The notes beneath the pieces were generated by a model that was not told the origin of the DNA, made no database searches, and was given only the letters and a program-made list of their open reading frames with translations. Positions 10,890-22,747 of a stretch of 64,000 nucleotides of DNA are shown piece by piece. Positions within the stretch are counted from its first letter, which is position 1. Each line of letters opens with the position of its first letter. This DNA comes from Alphaproteobacteria bacterium (GTDB lineage: Bacteria; Pseudomonadota; Alphaproteobacteria; RF32; CAG-239): the NCBI GenBank assembly GCA_028706255.1, contig JAQWBS010000001.1:344563-408562 (forward strand), written 5' to 3'. The position numbers were made by a program, and so were the translations under genes.

Positions 10890-11090
10890 ATGAACAATAT
10901 TTCGGTTTCAATTAACGCAAAGCTAAAAGGCAAATTGCTAAAACTTGCCAAAGAGCAAAATTGTTCTTTTGATGAAATTGTTGAAATTGCCCTTGCGGAA
11001 TATGTTGACACAGTCAACGACAATTTCAAAACAGATTTAAGCTCTGTTTCTTCAGCGGAACGCTCGTTCTTCCTTTCTATTGGGAAATAA
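10890..11090 (+). CDS. Ribbon-helix-helix (CopG/Arc-like) small DNA-binding protein
   Basis: 66 aa from ATG 10890, with the RBS TAAGGGA 7 nt upstream. A predicted beta-strand (ISVSINAKL) is followed by two helices, and the protein is charged. Confidence 0.5.
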   Translation: MNNISVSINAKLKGKLLKLAKEQNCSFDEIVEIALAEYVDTVNDNFKTDLSSVSSAERSFFLSIGK

Positions 11091-11177
11091 ACACTTATTA
11101 ATAAATTCAAGATAAAGATTCCAAAGCATTGAGAGTTGGTATATATTCGTCATATTAAAATTGATGAGGAAAGAGTT

Positions 11178-13940
11178 ATGGCTAAGAAAATTTGTTTAAT
11201 CGACGGGTCGGGATATATTTTTAGAGCATTTTATGCTTTGCCACCAATGACAAGCCCAGACGGAACACCTGTGAATGCAGTTTATGGTTTTACAAATATG
11301 TTTATGAAGCTGACGAATAGCATTGAATGTGATTATACATTGGTCTTGTTTGATGCCGCCCGACATAATTTTAGAAATGAAATTTTTGATAATTATAAAG
11401 CTAATCGAGCTGAAACACCTGCAGATTTAGTACCGCAATTTTCAATCATCAGAGAAGCTGTGAATGCGCTTAATTTAGACTATTTGGAAATGGAAGGCTT
11501 TGAGGCGGATGACTTAATTGCAACTTATGCCAAAATTGCTCAAGAGCAAGGTATGGAAGTTGTTGTGGTTTCTGCGGATAAAGATTTGATGCAACTCATT
11601 CGTGACGGTGTCACATATTATGACCCAATGAAAGATAAGTTTTGCACCGACCAAGAAGTAATGGACAAGTTTGGGGTTTTGCCAAACCGTGTAGTTGATG
11701 TTCAAGCTTTAATGGGAGATAGCTCGGATAACATCCCAGGGGTTCCGGGAATTGGTCCTAAAACAGCAGCAGAACTCATTAATCAATATGGCGATTTGGA
11801 AAATTTGCTTGCTCATTTAGAGGAGATTAAGCAAAATAAACGTCGTGAAACTTTGATTGAAAATGTGGAAAATGCTCGCATCTCATACCAATTGGCAACT
11901 TTAAAACAAGATGTTCCCGTTGATGAAGATTTGGAAAAATTTGCTTGCCGCAAACCAGAAATTAAACAAGTTTTCGACTTTATAGACACTTATGCAATGC
12001 GTTCACTTCGTTCTCGTGCGGAACGTTGGATTGAAACACGTTGTGCTTCAACACAGTTTTGTGAAGTGGCGACAGAAGCTCCTGCTCCAAAAGAAATTGC
12101 CAAGCATTATGAGTTGGTGCAAGACGAAAACAAACTCAAAGAATGGGTCGGAAAAATAATGCAAAGTCGTTTGTTTGCGTTCGATACAGAAACGACTGGC
12201 TTTAGCCCAACCTTTGATAAAATTGTTGGCTTTTCGATGGCAACGGAAGAAGGTGTTGCCTGTTATGTGCCTTTGAAACATGGTGAACAAACGGAAGAAG
12301 TTGTCGATTTATTTTCAACGCCAACTTCAAAAGTTAAACAGCTTTCTTTTGAGGTGGTCAAGAAACATCTTAAGCCACTTTTTGCAAGTAAATCCATTTT
12401 AAAAATTGGGCATAATATCAAATTTGATATGCATTTTATGTCGCAAGTTTTGGGTGACGATTTTGCAATCGAGCCGATTGAAGACACTGCTGTTCTTTCT
12501 TATGTATTGGATTCCTCCAACCACGGACATGGCATGGACGAGTTGGCGGAACTGTTTTTGAACTATAAAACAATCAAATATGACGAGGTCACTGGAACAG
12601 GAAAAAACAAGGTCACCTTTGATAAGGTTGAGTTGGATAAGGCGTTGGATTATGCGGCGGAAGATGCGGATGTAACCCTTCGGTTGTATAATACCTTAAA
12701 ACCTCGTCTGGTCGCGGAAAGTGCGACTAAAATTTATGAACATTTTGACCGTCCGCTCATTTCAACTTTGAAATATATGGAAAGCAATGGAATTACGGTT
12801 GATACAAAAAATCTCACAGAATTAACCAAAGAATTTGAACAGAAACTGATTGTTTTGGAAAAAGAAGCGCATGAAATTGCCGGTGAGGAATTCAATCTTG
12901 CTTCGCCAAAGCAAATTGGTGAGATTCTTTATGGAAAAATGGGGTTAAAAGGCAAAAAAACTGCAGGCGGAAGTTTTCAAACGGGGGCAGATGTTTTGGA
13001 GCAATTGGCAGAAGAATATGAACTCCCAAAAAAGATTTTAGAATGGCGTGGTTTTGCAAAATTGAAATCGACTTACACAGATTCTCTTTTGAGTTTGGTT
13101 GATAAGGAAAACCGTGTGCATACGACATATAATCAAACTTTTGTGAATACGGGGCGTTTGTCTTCAAATAATCCGAACTTGCAAAACATTCCAATCAGAA
13201 GTGCGGAAGGCAAAAAAATTCGCCAGTGCTTTATTCCGAAAAAAGGATATAAACTGATTGCGGTGGATTATTCGCAAGTAGAGCTTAGGTTAATGGCAGT
13301 GATTGCAAACGTGAAAGCTTTGAAATTGGCGTTTGCCAACGGGGTTGATATTCACACTGCAACGGCCTCGCAAGTTTTTGGGGTCGCACCAGAGCAAGTG
13401 GGCAGTGATATGCGTCGTGATGCGAAAACAATTAATTTTGGAATTATCTATGGGCAATCTCAATATGGCTTAGCAAAACAACTTGGTATTTCTAATGACG
13501 AGGCAAAGGCATATATTGAAGCGTATTTTGCAAAAATGCCTGAGATTAAGACTTATATGGAAGACACAATTGCATATGCTCGTTCGCATGGCTATGTTGA
13601 AACTTATTTTGGTCGTAAAATTTCGACATTAGGAATTAACGACCAGAATAAACGAGTTGCGGCTTTTGCAGAACGTGCGGCGATTAATGCGCCACTTCAA
13701 GGCACAGCAGCAGATATTATCAAAATGGCAATGAATAGGGTTTATCAAAAGCTTATTGAAGGGGGTTACAAAACCAAAATGTTGTTGCAGGTGCATGATG
13801 AACTTGTTTTTGAATCTCCGCTTGATGAGGTAGAAATCGTGTCAAAAATGGTTAAGGAAACCATGGAGAGCGTGACGGATTTTGATGTTAAGCTGATTGC
13901 TGAAGTCGGTATTGGTGAAAACTGGGAAGAAGCTCACTAA
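11178..13940 (+). CDS. polA: DNA polymerase I
   Basis: It has a 5'-3' exonuclease domain (ICLIDGSGYIFRAFYAL), a 3'-5' exonuclease domain and a polymerase domain (RRDAKTINFGIIYG, LQVHDELVFE). The internal ATG at 11178 follows the RBS GAGGAAAGAG. The tracked ORF start at 11136 is likely too early. Confidence 0.95.
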   Translation: MAKKICLIDGSGYIFRAFYALPPMTSPDGTPVNAVYGFTNMFMKLTNSIECDYTLVLFDAARHNFRNEIFDNYKANRAETPADLVPQFSIIREAVNALNLDYLEMEGFEADDLIATYAKIAQEQGMEVVVVSADKDLMQLIRDGVTYYDPMKDKFCTDQEVMDKFGVLPNRVVDVQALMGDSSDNIPGVPGIGPKTAAELINQYGDLENLLAHLEEIKQNKRRETLIENVENARISYQLATLKQDVPVDEDLEKFACRKPEIKQVFDFIDTYAMRSLRSRAERWIETRCASTQFCEVATEAPAPKEIAKHYELVQDENKLKEWVGKIMQSRLFAFDTETTGFSPTFDKIVGFSMATEEGVACYVPLKHGEQTEEVVDLFSTPTSKVKQLSFEVVKKHLKPLFASKSILKIGHNIKFDMHFMSQVLGDDFAIEPIEDTAVLSYVLDSSNHGHGMDELAELFLNYKTIKYDEVTGTGKNKVTFDKVELDKALDYAAEDADVTLRLYNTLKPRLVAESATKIYEHFDRPLISTLKYMESNGITVDTKNLTELTKEFEQKLIVLEKEAHEIAGEEFNLASPKQIGEILYGKMGLKGKKTAGGSFQTGADVLEQLAEEYELPKKILEWRGFAKLKSTYTDSLLSLVDKENRVHTTYNQTFVNTGRLSSNNPNLQNIPIRSAEGKKIRQCFIPKKGYKLIAVDYSQVELRLMAVIANVKALKLAFANGVDIHTATASQVFGVAPEQVGSDMRRDAKTINFGIIYGQSQYGLAKQLGISNDEAKAYIEAYFAKMPEIKTYMEDTIAYARSHGYVETYFGRKISTLGINDQNKRVAAFAERAAINAPLQGTAADIIKMAMNRVYQKLIEGGYKTKMLLQVHDELVFESPLDEVEIVSKMVKETMESVTDFDVKLIAEVGIGENWEEAH

Positions 13941-13956
13941 AAAATAGAGCAAAGAG

Positions 13957-14721
13957 GTGAAAGTTATGATAAAAACTGAGGCATATTCTCTTTCTGCCAG
14001 AGATGGTATGACGATTTGTGGCGACTATACTTCGTATGATAAGCTGACAAAAGAAAAGCTTATGATTATTTTCCCTGGAATGACGGCAATGACATTTGCC
14101 TATACTTATGTTGCTTTTAGAGATGCGCTTGTTGAACAAGGTTGGGATGTTTTTATCGCTAATGCTTATTCCAGTGAAAAAATTGGAGAAAATTATCCTC
14201 GGTCGCTTGCTGAAATCACGATGAAAAGACACGTTGAAGATTTTGAAGATATTGTTGCTCATTTCAAAGAAAAATATAAGCATATTTACGCTAGTGGTCA
14301 TTCTATTGGTGGAAGGGTTTTGATTTTTGCCAACAACAAAAATTTGACAGGGCAAGTTTTACTTGACCCCTCGGGAGATACAAGCAATGAAGCTTATGCT
14401 TTGATTCGCAATAAATGTTATAAGTTTTCAAAAAAAATGAATTGCCAGTATATGGATTGGGGAGATGGTCTCTTTTACCCGATAGGAGGGGTTTTTGAAG
14501 AGCTCGACTGCTGTCCTTTTTCAATCCTTGAGAAGAAGGTTAAGAAGCTTCAAGTGCCGACCCTTTTCATTGTCGCTGGTGCGTTTGATTATGCAAAAGT
14601 TTATAAAAATATGCTTAATGAGCTTTGCGAATATGTCGAAATTGAGGATGCAGGACACGAATTTATCGAATATGGCGCAATGAAAAAAATTGCCGAAGAA
14701 ACGCTAAAGTTTTTTTCTTGA
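13957..14721 (+). CDS. Alpha/beta-hydrolase fold protein
   Basis: It has the nucleophile-elbow motif GHSIGG, a 254-aa length and an RBS upstream. Confidence 0.6.
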   Translation: MKVMIKTEAYSLSARDGMTICGDYTSYDKLTKEKLMIIFPGMTAMTFAYTYVAFRDALVEQGWDVFIANAYSSEKIGENYPRSLAEITMKRHVEDFEDIVAHFKEKYKHIYASGHSIGGRVLIFANNKNLTGQVLLDPSGDTSNEAYALIRNKCYKFSKKMNCQYMDWGDGLFYPIGGVFEELDCCPFSILEKKVKKLQVPTLFIVAGAFDYAKVYKNMLNELCEYVEIEDAGHEFIEYGAMKKIAEETLKFFS

Positions 14722-14848
14722 TTTTTTACAATCCAACCCTCTAAAAATTATCAACAAGCACTGGCTCTGTTGTTTTTATTTTCTTGGTATTTTAAGCGGT
14801 TTGATGTATAGTCTACGCAGTTAATTTTATATAATTTTGAGGAAATAA

Positions 14849-17287
<2,439 letters not shown>

Positions 17288-17291
17288 ATAA

Positions 17292-18425
17292 ATGAAAAAA
17301 ACAAAGACGTATCTAATTTGCCTTTCGTTTCTTTTTGCTTCACAAAATGTTGTTGCCGGTGAACTTGAGCTCAATCATGAGCTCAATGTTCGTGGCTATT
17401 ATGGTGTGTCACAAAGCAAGAAAAAGCCAAGCAATAATAATATGTCTAATCGACTAGTGAATCGCAACGATTTCAAAGGCAGTGCAACATATGACTTTGA
17501 AAATGATTATAAATTAGGGATTCATAATAGCTCATCTTTGATTTATCGTCAGCATGACGCAACTTATAATCACGACGGTGAATGGCGTTTTTATAACTAT
17601 GGAATGTTCACAACACCTTATGGAAGCTTTATTGGTGGACAAGATTTCAACGTTGCACACCGTTTTCATCGTGGTGCAAAAGATTTTGGGCCAATGGGGA
17701 TTGATGATTCGAATATGACATGGTTTTTGGGAGATGCAAACTGGAAGAACGGTAAAAATTCCGTCGCTTTTCTCACGCCAAAATCAAGTTCAATGATGGA
17801 CGATGGCAGAGCTTTGAAGTTTAGCTATATCACACCGAAAGTTTTTGAAAATACGATTTTTGGATTTACCTATACACCAAACACCCCAAGTCGCCGAGGA
17901 CTTATCAGTCGTTATAATGACTATGCCCATGATGATGCTTATGTGATGGCAATGCACAATGAGTGGGAAATTGATTCTGGTGATTTATATACTTCTGCGG
18001 GATATGGTTTTTTCAATAGAAACACACAAACATTAACCCTTGGTGCGACATATCTGCAAGGCAATTGGTCTTTTGCCACAGGGTATCGCAATTCTTTCAC
18101 TTATGGGGATGAGTCAATTACAAAAACCAGCACAAATTCAAGATTGCCTGTTTTTTATGATAACTATCGAGAATCTTGGTCTTGGGATGCGAGTGTGGGC
18201 TATAAATTTGGTCCAATTAAAACCAGTGTGGCATATCTTCATACGCAAGCTAAGAAAACAGATAATCAAGATGATTTGTTCATTTGGAACAATACTTATG
18301 CTTATAGCAAAATGATAGATTTTTATCTCATTGGAGGTTATTTGAAAGCCAGAGGAGATAACAAACTTCCAGCGAATAATAACCGAGGCTATGCTGCTGT
18401 TGCAGGTATTGGCTTGAACTTTTAG
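17292..18425 (+). CDS. Outer-membrane beta-barrel (porin-like) protein
   Basis: It has a signal peptide, alternating aromatic beta-strand patterns and a C-terminal Phe (GIGLNF), the outer-membrane barrel signature. Confidence 0.55.
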   Translation: MKKTKTYLICLSFLFASQNVVAGELELNHELNVRGYYGVSQSKKKPSNNNMSNRLVNRNDFKGSATYDFENDYKLGIHNSSSLIYRQHDATYNHDGEWRFYNYGMFTTPYGSFIGGQDFNVAHRFHRGAKDFGPMGIDDSNMTWFLGDANWKNGKNSVAFLTPKSSSMMDDGRALKFSYITPKVFENTIFGFTYTPNTPSRRGLISRYNDYAHDDAYVMAMHNEWEIDSGDLYTSAGYGFFNRNTQTLTLGATYLQGNWSFATGYRNSFTYGDESITKTSTNSRLPVFYDNYRESWSWDASVGYKFGPIKTSVAYLHTQAKKTDNQDDLFIWNNTYAYSKMIDFYLIGGYLKARGDNKLPANNNRGYAAVAGIGLNF

Positions 18426-18437
18426 AAGGAAACGCAT

Positions 18438-19067
18438 ATGCCAAATATTATATTCTTTTCTGAAAACCAACAATTCTCAGAAGATATTAAGGAACAAATT
18501 TCTCTTTATGCACCGGAATATAATTTCTATACGGAATATGAAAGTGAAGAAATTTATGACTTGGTCATTCTTGATGACGGCGAAGAAATCATCAAAAAAA
18601 TCAGGGAATATGGCTTTAAAGTGCCAATTATTTATTTCTTGTCAAAAGAAAATGAAACAATCCCTTTCACCAATAGCGATATTGTGATGAAAAAGCCGGT
18701 TAAATTAGATGAGTTCTTAGACTTTTTGAAATCTAGCATTTATCTTTTCGATAAGAGTGAAGATGGATATGTCAAATTTAACAGTTATGAACTTCGTCCA
18801 ATGAGCAAAGAAATTCTGAATGAAAGAAATGGAGAAGTTATCAAATTGACAGAAAAAGAAGTGGCAATTTTGAAATATCTCCATAAATCGAATAAAATTG
18901 TTTCAAAGACGGACTTGTTGCAAAATGTTTGGGGATATAGCCCTGAGTCTTCAACACACACGATTGAAACCCACATCTATCGTTTGAGAAATAAGGTGGA
19001 AGAAAGCAACAACCCTGAAACGCAAATCATCATCACCGAAGACGGCGGCTATAAGCTAAAGGTTTAA
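18438..19067 (+). CDS. Atypical OmpR/PhoB-family response regulator (receiver lacks N-terminal acidic pair)
   Basis: The C-terminal winged helix is present (TIETHIYRLRNKVEE). The receiver-like region keeps DLVILD, FLSKE and KKP, but the N-terminal DD is replaced by SENQQ. Confidence 0.65.
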   Translation: MPNIIFFSENQQFSEDIKEQISLYAPEYNFYTEYESEEIYDLVILDDGEEIIKKIREYGFKVPIIYFLSKENETIPFTNSDIVMKKPVKLDEFLDFLKSSIYLFDKSEDGYVKFNSYELRPMSKEILNERNGEVIKLTEKEVAILKYLHKSNKIVSKTDLLQNVWGYSPESSTHTIETHIYRLRNKVEESNNPETQIIITEDGGYKLKV

Positions 19068-19095
19068 TCAGATTCTTTATCGTAAAACATATGCA

Positions 19096-19124
19096 AAACT
19101 CTCCTAACTAAAGGAGAGTTTTTT
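19096..19124 (+). terminator. Rho-independent terminator after regulator gene
   Basis: The hairpin is CTCTCCT-aactaaa-GGAGAG, followed by TTTTTT. Confidence 0.75.
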
Positions 19125-19211
19125 AGCTTGATTTTTTGTCTATTTTCTGATATTCTAAAAATCAAACAAAAATTAATTTATTTTATTATTAAACTTTAAA
19201 AACGAAAAATT

Positions 19212-20975
19212 ATGGCTTACATTTTATTTTCTGCTTTTATTACTGTCCTTTTTGCAGGGTTTGCAATTAGTCGTAAAAACAAAAAACTTGTGCTTATAGC
19301 ATCAGTAATTTACTTTGTTATCATGGGGTTGATTAACTATTTCGGGTTGCCAACGCTTGCCTTTTGGGGATTTCATGCAGTATGGGTTGAAATCACAATT
19401 TCAATTCTTTTAGGAACAGTCCTTTCTTATGTTGATTCAGATCTTTATTTTGATTCTGATAATACGACGTCTTATAGATGGATTGGCATGGGCTTTGTTA
19501 TCTTTCTTTTTATCGTGTCTCAATTTCAAAGTTGTGGAATGGGAAACTCAGATAAATATAACGCCCTTTTAGGAGAAGTCGAAGTTGCCCAGGATAGTCT
19601 TTTTAACAGAGAGGTTCATCCTATTTCTGTTGAAAAGATGAGATCTGTTGACGAAGATTACGCCAAAAAGATTGCTGAAGACAAGTTAGGCTTAGATCCA
19701 GGTTTGGGTTCAAGAGCGAGAATTGGCAAGATGTCAATTCAATCTATTACAGGTGAATTTGTTATTAATGACGGTGAAAAACTTGTTTTTAACGAAGATC
19801 TTATATGGGTTGCTCCTTTGGAACATACAGGTTTTTGGAGATGGTTTAACAACCACCACACAGATGGTTATGTTATCGTTGATGCGACAGATTATCAAAA
19901 AGTGTATCTTGTTACAAAAATTAACGGACAAAAACTTAAGATGAAATATATCGAGAGTGCTTGTTTTGATACTGATATTGAACGTCACATTAGAAATAAC
20001 GGATACTTATCTAGAGGGGTTCATGATCATTGCTTAGAAATTGATTCAAATGGAAGACCTTATTGGGTTCTTGCTTCTTATGAGAAAACAATAGGTTTTG
20101 GTGGGTCAGACTCCAAGGGCGTAATTACTGTTGATGCACAAAGCGGTGAATTGAATGAATATTCAATTGAAGAAGCCCCTGAATGGATTGATAGAATTCA
20201 ACCAGAAGATTTTATGCTTGATCAGATAAGTTACTGGGGAGCATATAAAGAAGGCTGGTGGAATAGCTTTTTTGCAAAACAAGGTGTTGAGTTGCCAACA
20301 TCGGATTATAATGAATCCGATGGGTCAACCAAAAAAGGAATGTCTATTGTTTATTCTGAAGGAAGAAGCTATTGGTATACTGGAATTAAGTCTGCTAATG
20401 CAGATGATGGAACGAGCGGCTTTATGTTGATTGATACTAAATCAAAGAAAGCTAAGCTATATAGAATTGCTGGTTTTAATGAAAGCCAAGCAAAGAAAAT
20501 AGCAAACGACCAACCAGAGGCAAGTGCTGCTGGATATGTTGCGAATGAGCCTATTCTTTACAATGTAAAGGGAGTTCCAACATATTTTGTAACCTTAAAA
20601 GGTTCTTCAGGAAACGTCACAGCATATTGTTTTATTGCGGTAAACAATCGTCAAGCAGTTGGTTATGGAAGTAGCAAAAAAGAAGCTGAGAAAAAATACA
20701 TTCAAAGACTTCTTGCAACGAGCCAAGACAAAATACTTGATGGACCAGTGAAAGAGCTTCAAATTGAACTTATAGTAAAAGATATAACGCATGAAAATGA
20801 TGTTTACTATGTTCTTTTTGAAAGTGAAAAAGGAAAAGAGTTTTACGGTTCTTCGCAGTTCTTTAAGGAGCTACGCTGGACAAAGAAGGGGGATAAAGTT
20901 CAAGTTTCTTTCGGAGAAGGAAACGACAATTTGATTTCTCTAAATTCTTTCGAAAATGTAAGTTTCAATTATTAA
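19212..20975 (+). CDS. Membrane protein, unknown function (N-terminal TM helices + large extracytoplasmic domain)
   Basis: 587 aa. Several hydrophobic segments occupy the first ~100 aa. I recognise no motif, and the gene looks lineage-specific. Confidence 0.5.
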   Translation: MAYILFSAFITVLFAGFAISRKNKKLVLIASVIYFVIMGLINYFGLPTLAFWGFHAVWVEITISILLGTVLSYVDSDLYFDSDNTTSYRWIGMGFVIFLFIVSQFQSCGMGNSDKYNALLGEVEVAQDSLFNREVHPISVEKMRSVDEDYAKKIAEDKLGLDPGLGSRARIGKMSIQSITGEFVINDGEKLVFNEDLIWVAPLEHTGFWRWFNNHHTDGYVIVDATDYQKVYLVTKINGQKLKMKYIESACFDTDIERHIRNNGYLSRGVHDHCLEIDSNGRPYWVLASYEKTIGFGGSDSKGVITVDAQSGELNEYSIEEAPEWIDRIQPEDFMLDQISYWGAYKEGWWNSFFAKQGVELPTSDYNESDGSTKKGMSIVYSEGRSYWYTGIKSANADDGTSGFMLIDTKSKKAKLYRIAGFNESQAKKIANDQPEASAAGYVANEPILYNVKGVPTYFVTLKGSSGNVTAYCFIAVNNRQAVGYGSSKKEAEKKYIQRLLATSQDKILDGPVKELQIELIVKDITHENDVYYVLFESEKGKEFYGSSQFFKELRWTKKGDKVQVSFGEGNDNLISLNSFENVSFNY

Positions 20976-21017
20976 GAAAAGAAAGGCTTGGGTTATATAA
21001 CTCAAGCCTTTCGCTTT

Positions 21018-21824
21018 TTAAACTTTCAAGGTCATCATCACAGGAACATGGTCAGAAGGGCGTTCACAGGCACGAATTTCTTTTAGGATATCAATTCCCT
21101 CAATATCCTCTAAAAGAGTCTGTGTGGTCCAAATATGGTCAAGCAAGCGTCCTTTGTCATTGGTTTTCCAATTTGGGTTGCGATAGCTCCACCAAGAATA
21201 GACTTTTTCAGGATAAGGGTAAATTTTACGAACCGCATTCACAAAGTTAAGCGATTTCAAAAGACGTTCCATTCTTTCCATTTCAATTGGCGTGTGGGAA
21301 ACTTCTTTAAGCAAAAGTTTATGGTTCCAAACATCAAATTCGGTTGGCGCAACATTAAAGTCACCAAGCATAATCATTTTTTTCTTTGATTCTCTTTCAA
21401 AATTTTGTTCAAAAAATTCTGACATATCATCAAAAAAAGCAAGCTTATGCGCAAAAGAAAGATTTTCAATTGGGTCTGGAATGTCTCCACCCGCTGGCAT
21501 ATACATACAATTAATTTCAATATCACCTAAAACGGTGGCTTTAATGTGTCTGGCATCGGATTTGCCAACCCAGTCCACTTTCTTCACATTTTGCAATGGA
21601 ATCTTTGAAAGAATTGCCACGCCGTTGTAACTAGGCTGACCATAAAGAGCAATATGTTCAAAACCCATTTTTTTGATGTCATCAAAAGGGAAATCCTCTT
21701 CTTTAGCCTTCACTTCCTGAATGCAAACAATGTCTGGATTCGCAACCTCAATAAGCTTCTGAAGAGAGTTTAATCTGATGCGGATAGAATTGACGTTCCA
21801 TGTCGCAATTTTAAGTTTTTTCAT
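21018..21824 (-). CDS. xthA: Exodeoxyribonuclease III
   Basis: EEP-fold signatures are present: MKIATWNVNSIRIRL, LGDFNVAP and the C-terminal SDHVPV. Confidence 0.9.
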   Translation of the reverse strand: MKKLKIATWNVNSIRIRLNSLQKLIEVANPDIVCIQEVKAKEEDFPFDDIKKMGFEHIALYGQPSYNGVAILSKIPLQNVKKVDWVGKSDARHIKATVLGDIEINCMYMPAGGDIPDPIENLSFAHKLAFFDDMSEFFEQNFERESKKKMIMLGDFNVAPTEFDVWNHKLLLKEVSHTPIEMERMERLLKSLNFVNAVRKIYPYPEKVYSWWSYRNPNWKTNDKGRLLDHIWTTQTLLEDIEGIDILKEIRACERPSDHVPVMMTLKV

Positions 21825-21832
21825 TATTTTTC

Positions 21833-22441
21833 CTAGTTTGCCAGTGGGTCAAAACCTTTGTTTTTGAATCTGAAAAGTTTGCTGTCAAGTTTGACATCAT
21901 CTTTGATATTGTATAGAGAAACAGTTACTTCAATCCCTTGAGGGTCAACAACTTTCCATTGTTTAAGTTCTAAAGGCTTATTGTTGAAAACGAGGGTGAT
22001 TGGAGAAATGCTCTTGTTTTCAGGATAAGAAAAAGTCACAGATGTAATACCAGTGTCTTGGTAAAATCCACTCGCAACAATTTTTTTGCCATCAATTTTA
22101 ATATCATTTCCCAAAATTAAAGCTGCAGGAATATCGTCATAACTAATGTGTGTGACTTGATCGAGTTCTTTATCTTGATAAATAATATATTTTCCATCGC
22201 CAATAATCGCAATTTGTGCATCACCACCATATTGCATATTTAACTTATTTGGTTTTTGAATATAAATTTTTCCCTCAGCCACTGCTCCATTACTGGCACT
22301 TTGAACAAAATCTGCCTGAAGGGTCTTAATTTGATTCAAATATTGCTCAATTTTTTTAATGGTTTGTGTTTGAGCATCTTCTGCATAAGCCATTGGTGCA
22401 GAAAAAATCATTAAAATAAAAGCTAAGCACATTTTTTTCAT
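21833..22441 (-). CDS. lolA: Outer-membrane lipoprotein carrier protein LolA-like
   Basis: It has a signal peptide and LolA-like motifs (LQADFVQ). The 202-aa size fits. Confidence 0.7.
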   Translation of the reverse strand: MKKMCLAFILMIFSAPMAYAEDAQTQTIKKIEQYLNQIKTLQADFVQSASNGAVAEGKIYIQKPNKLNMQYGGDAQIAIIGDGKYIIYQDKELDQVTHISYDDIPAALILGNDIKIDGKKIVASGFYQDTGITSVTFSYPENKSISPITLVFNNKPLELKQWKVVDPQGIEVTVSLYNIKDDVKLDSKLFRFKNKGFDPLAN

Positions 22442-22504
22442 AAATAAAAACTCCTCATTAAATTATGGGAAGCATTTTATATAAATTTTTCATTCTTAGC
22501 AAGA

Positions 22505-22545
22505 AGACTATCGTAAAAAAGCAGCCTTTATTATAAATAAAGACT
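22505..22545 (-). terminator. Rho-independent terminator downstream of small peptide gene
   Basis: A nested hairpin AGCAGCC-TTTATTataAATAAAG-ACTGCT is followed on the minus strand by a T-run. Confidence 0.6.
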
Positions 22546-22562
22546 GCTTTAAGGAGTTTGTG

Positions 22563-22664
22563 TTATTTCTTAGAACAAGGAGCTTTTTTAGTTTCTTTAG
22601 AGCTTTCTGCTAATTTTGAAGAAGCCTCTGGTTTTTTAATTGAATTGGTCTTTTTCGTTTTCAT
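22563..22664 (-). CDS. Unannotated small basic peptide (33 aa): MKTKKTNSIKKPEASSKLAESSKETKKAPCSKK
   Basis: The ATG follows the strong SD GGAGGAATTT. A terminator hairpin lies downstream. It is paralogous to the 35-aa ORF at 50883-50990, which shares an ending of near-identical shape (KKPASKK versus KKAPCSKK, ...tctaagaaataa) and the N-terminal K-T-N. Confidence 0.55.
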   Translation of the reverse strand: MKTKKTNSIKKPEASSKLAESSKETKKAPCSKK

Positions 22665-22747
22665 AAATTCCTCCATCGGTTGTGTCTTTAGTTCTGATAA
22701 TAAGTTAAGTGCAAAAGAACGAAAAACAAGAGGTTATGTCTAAAAGT

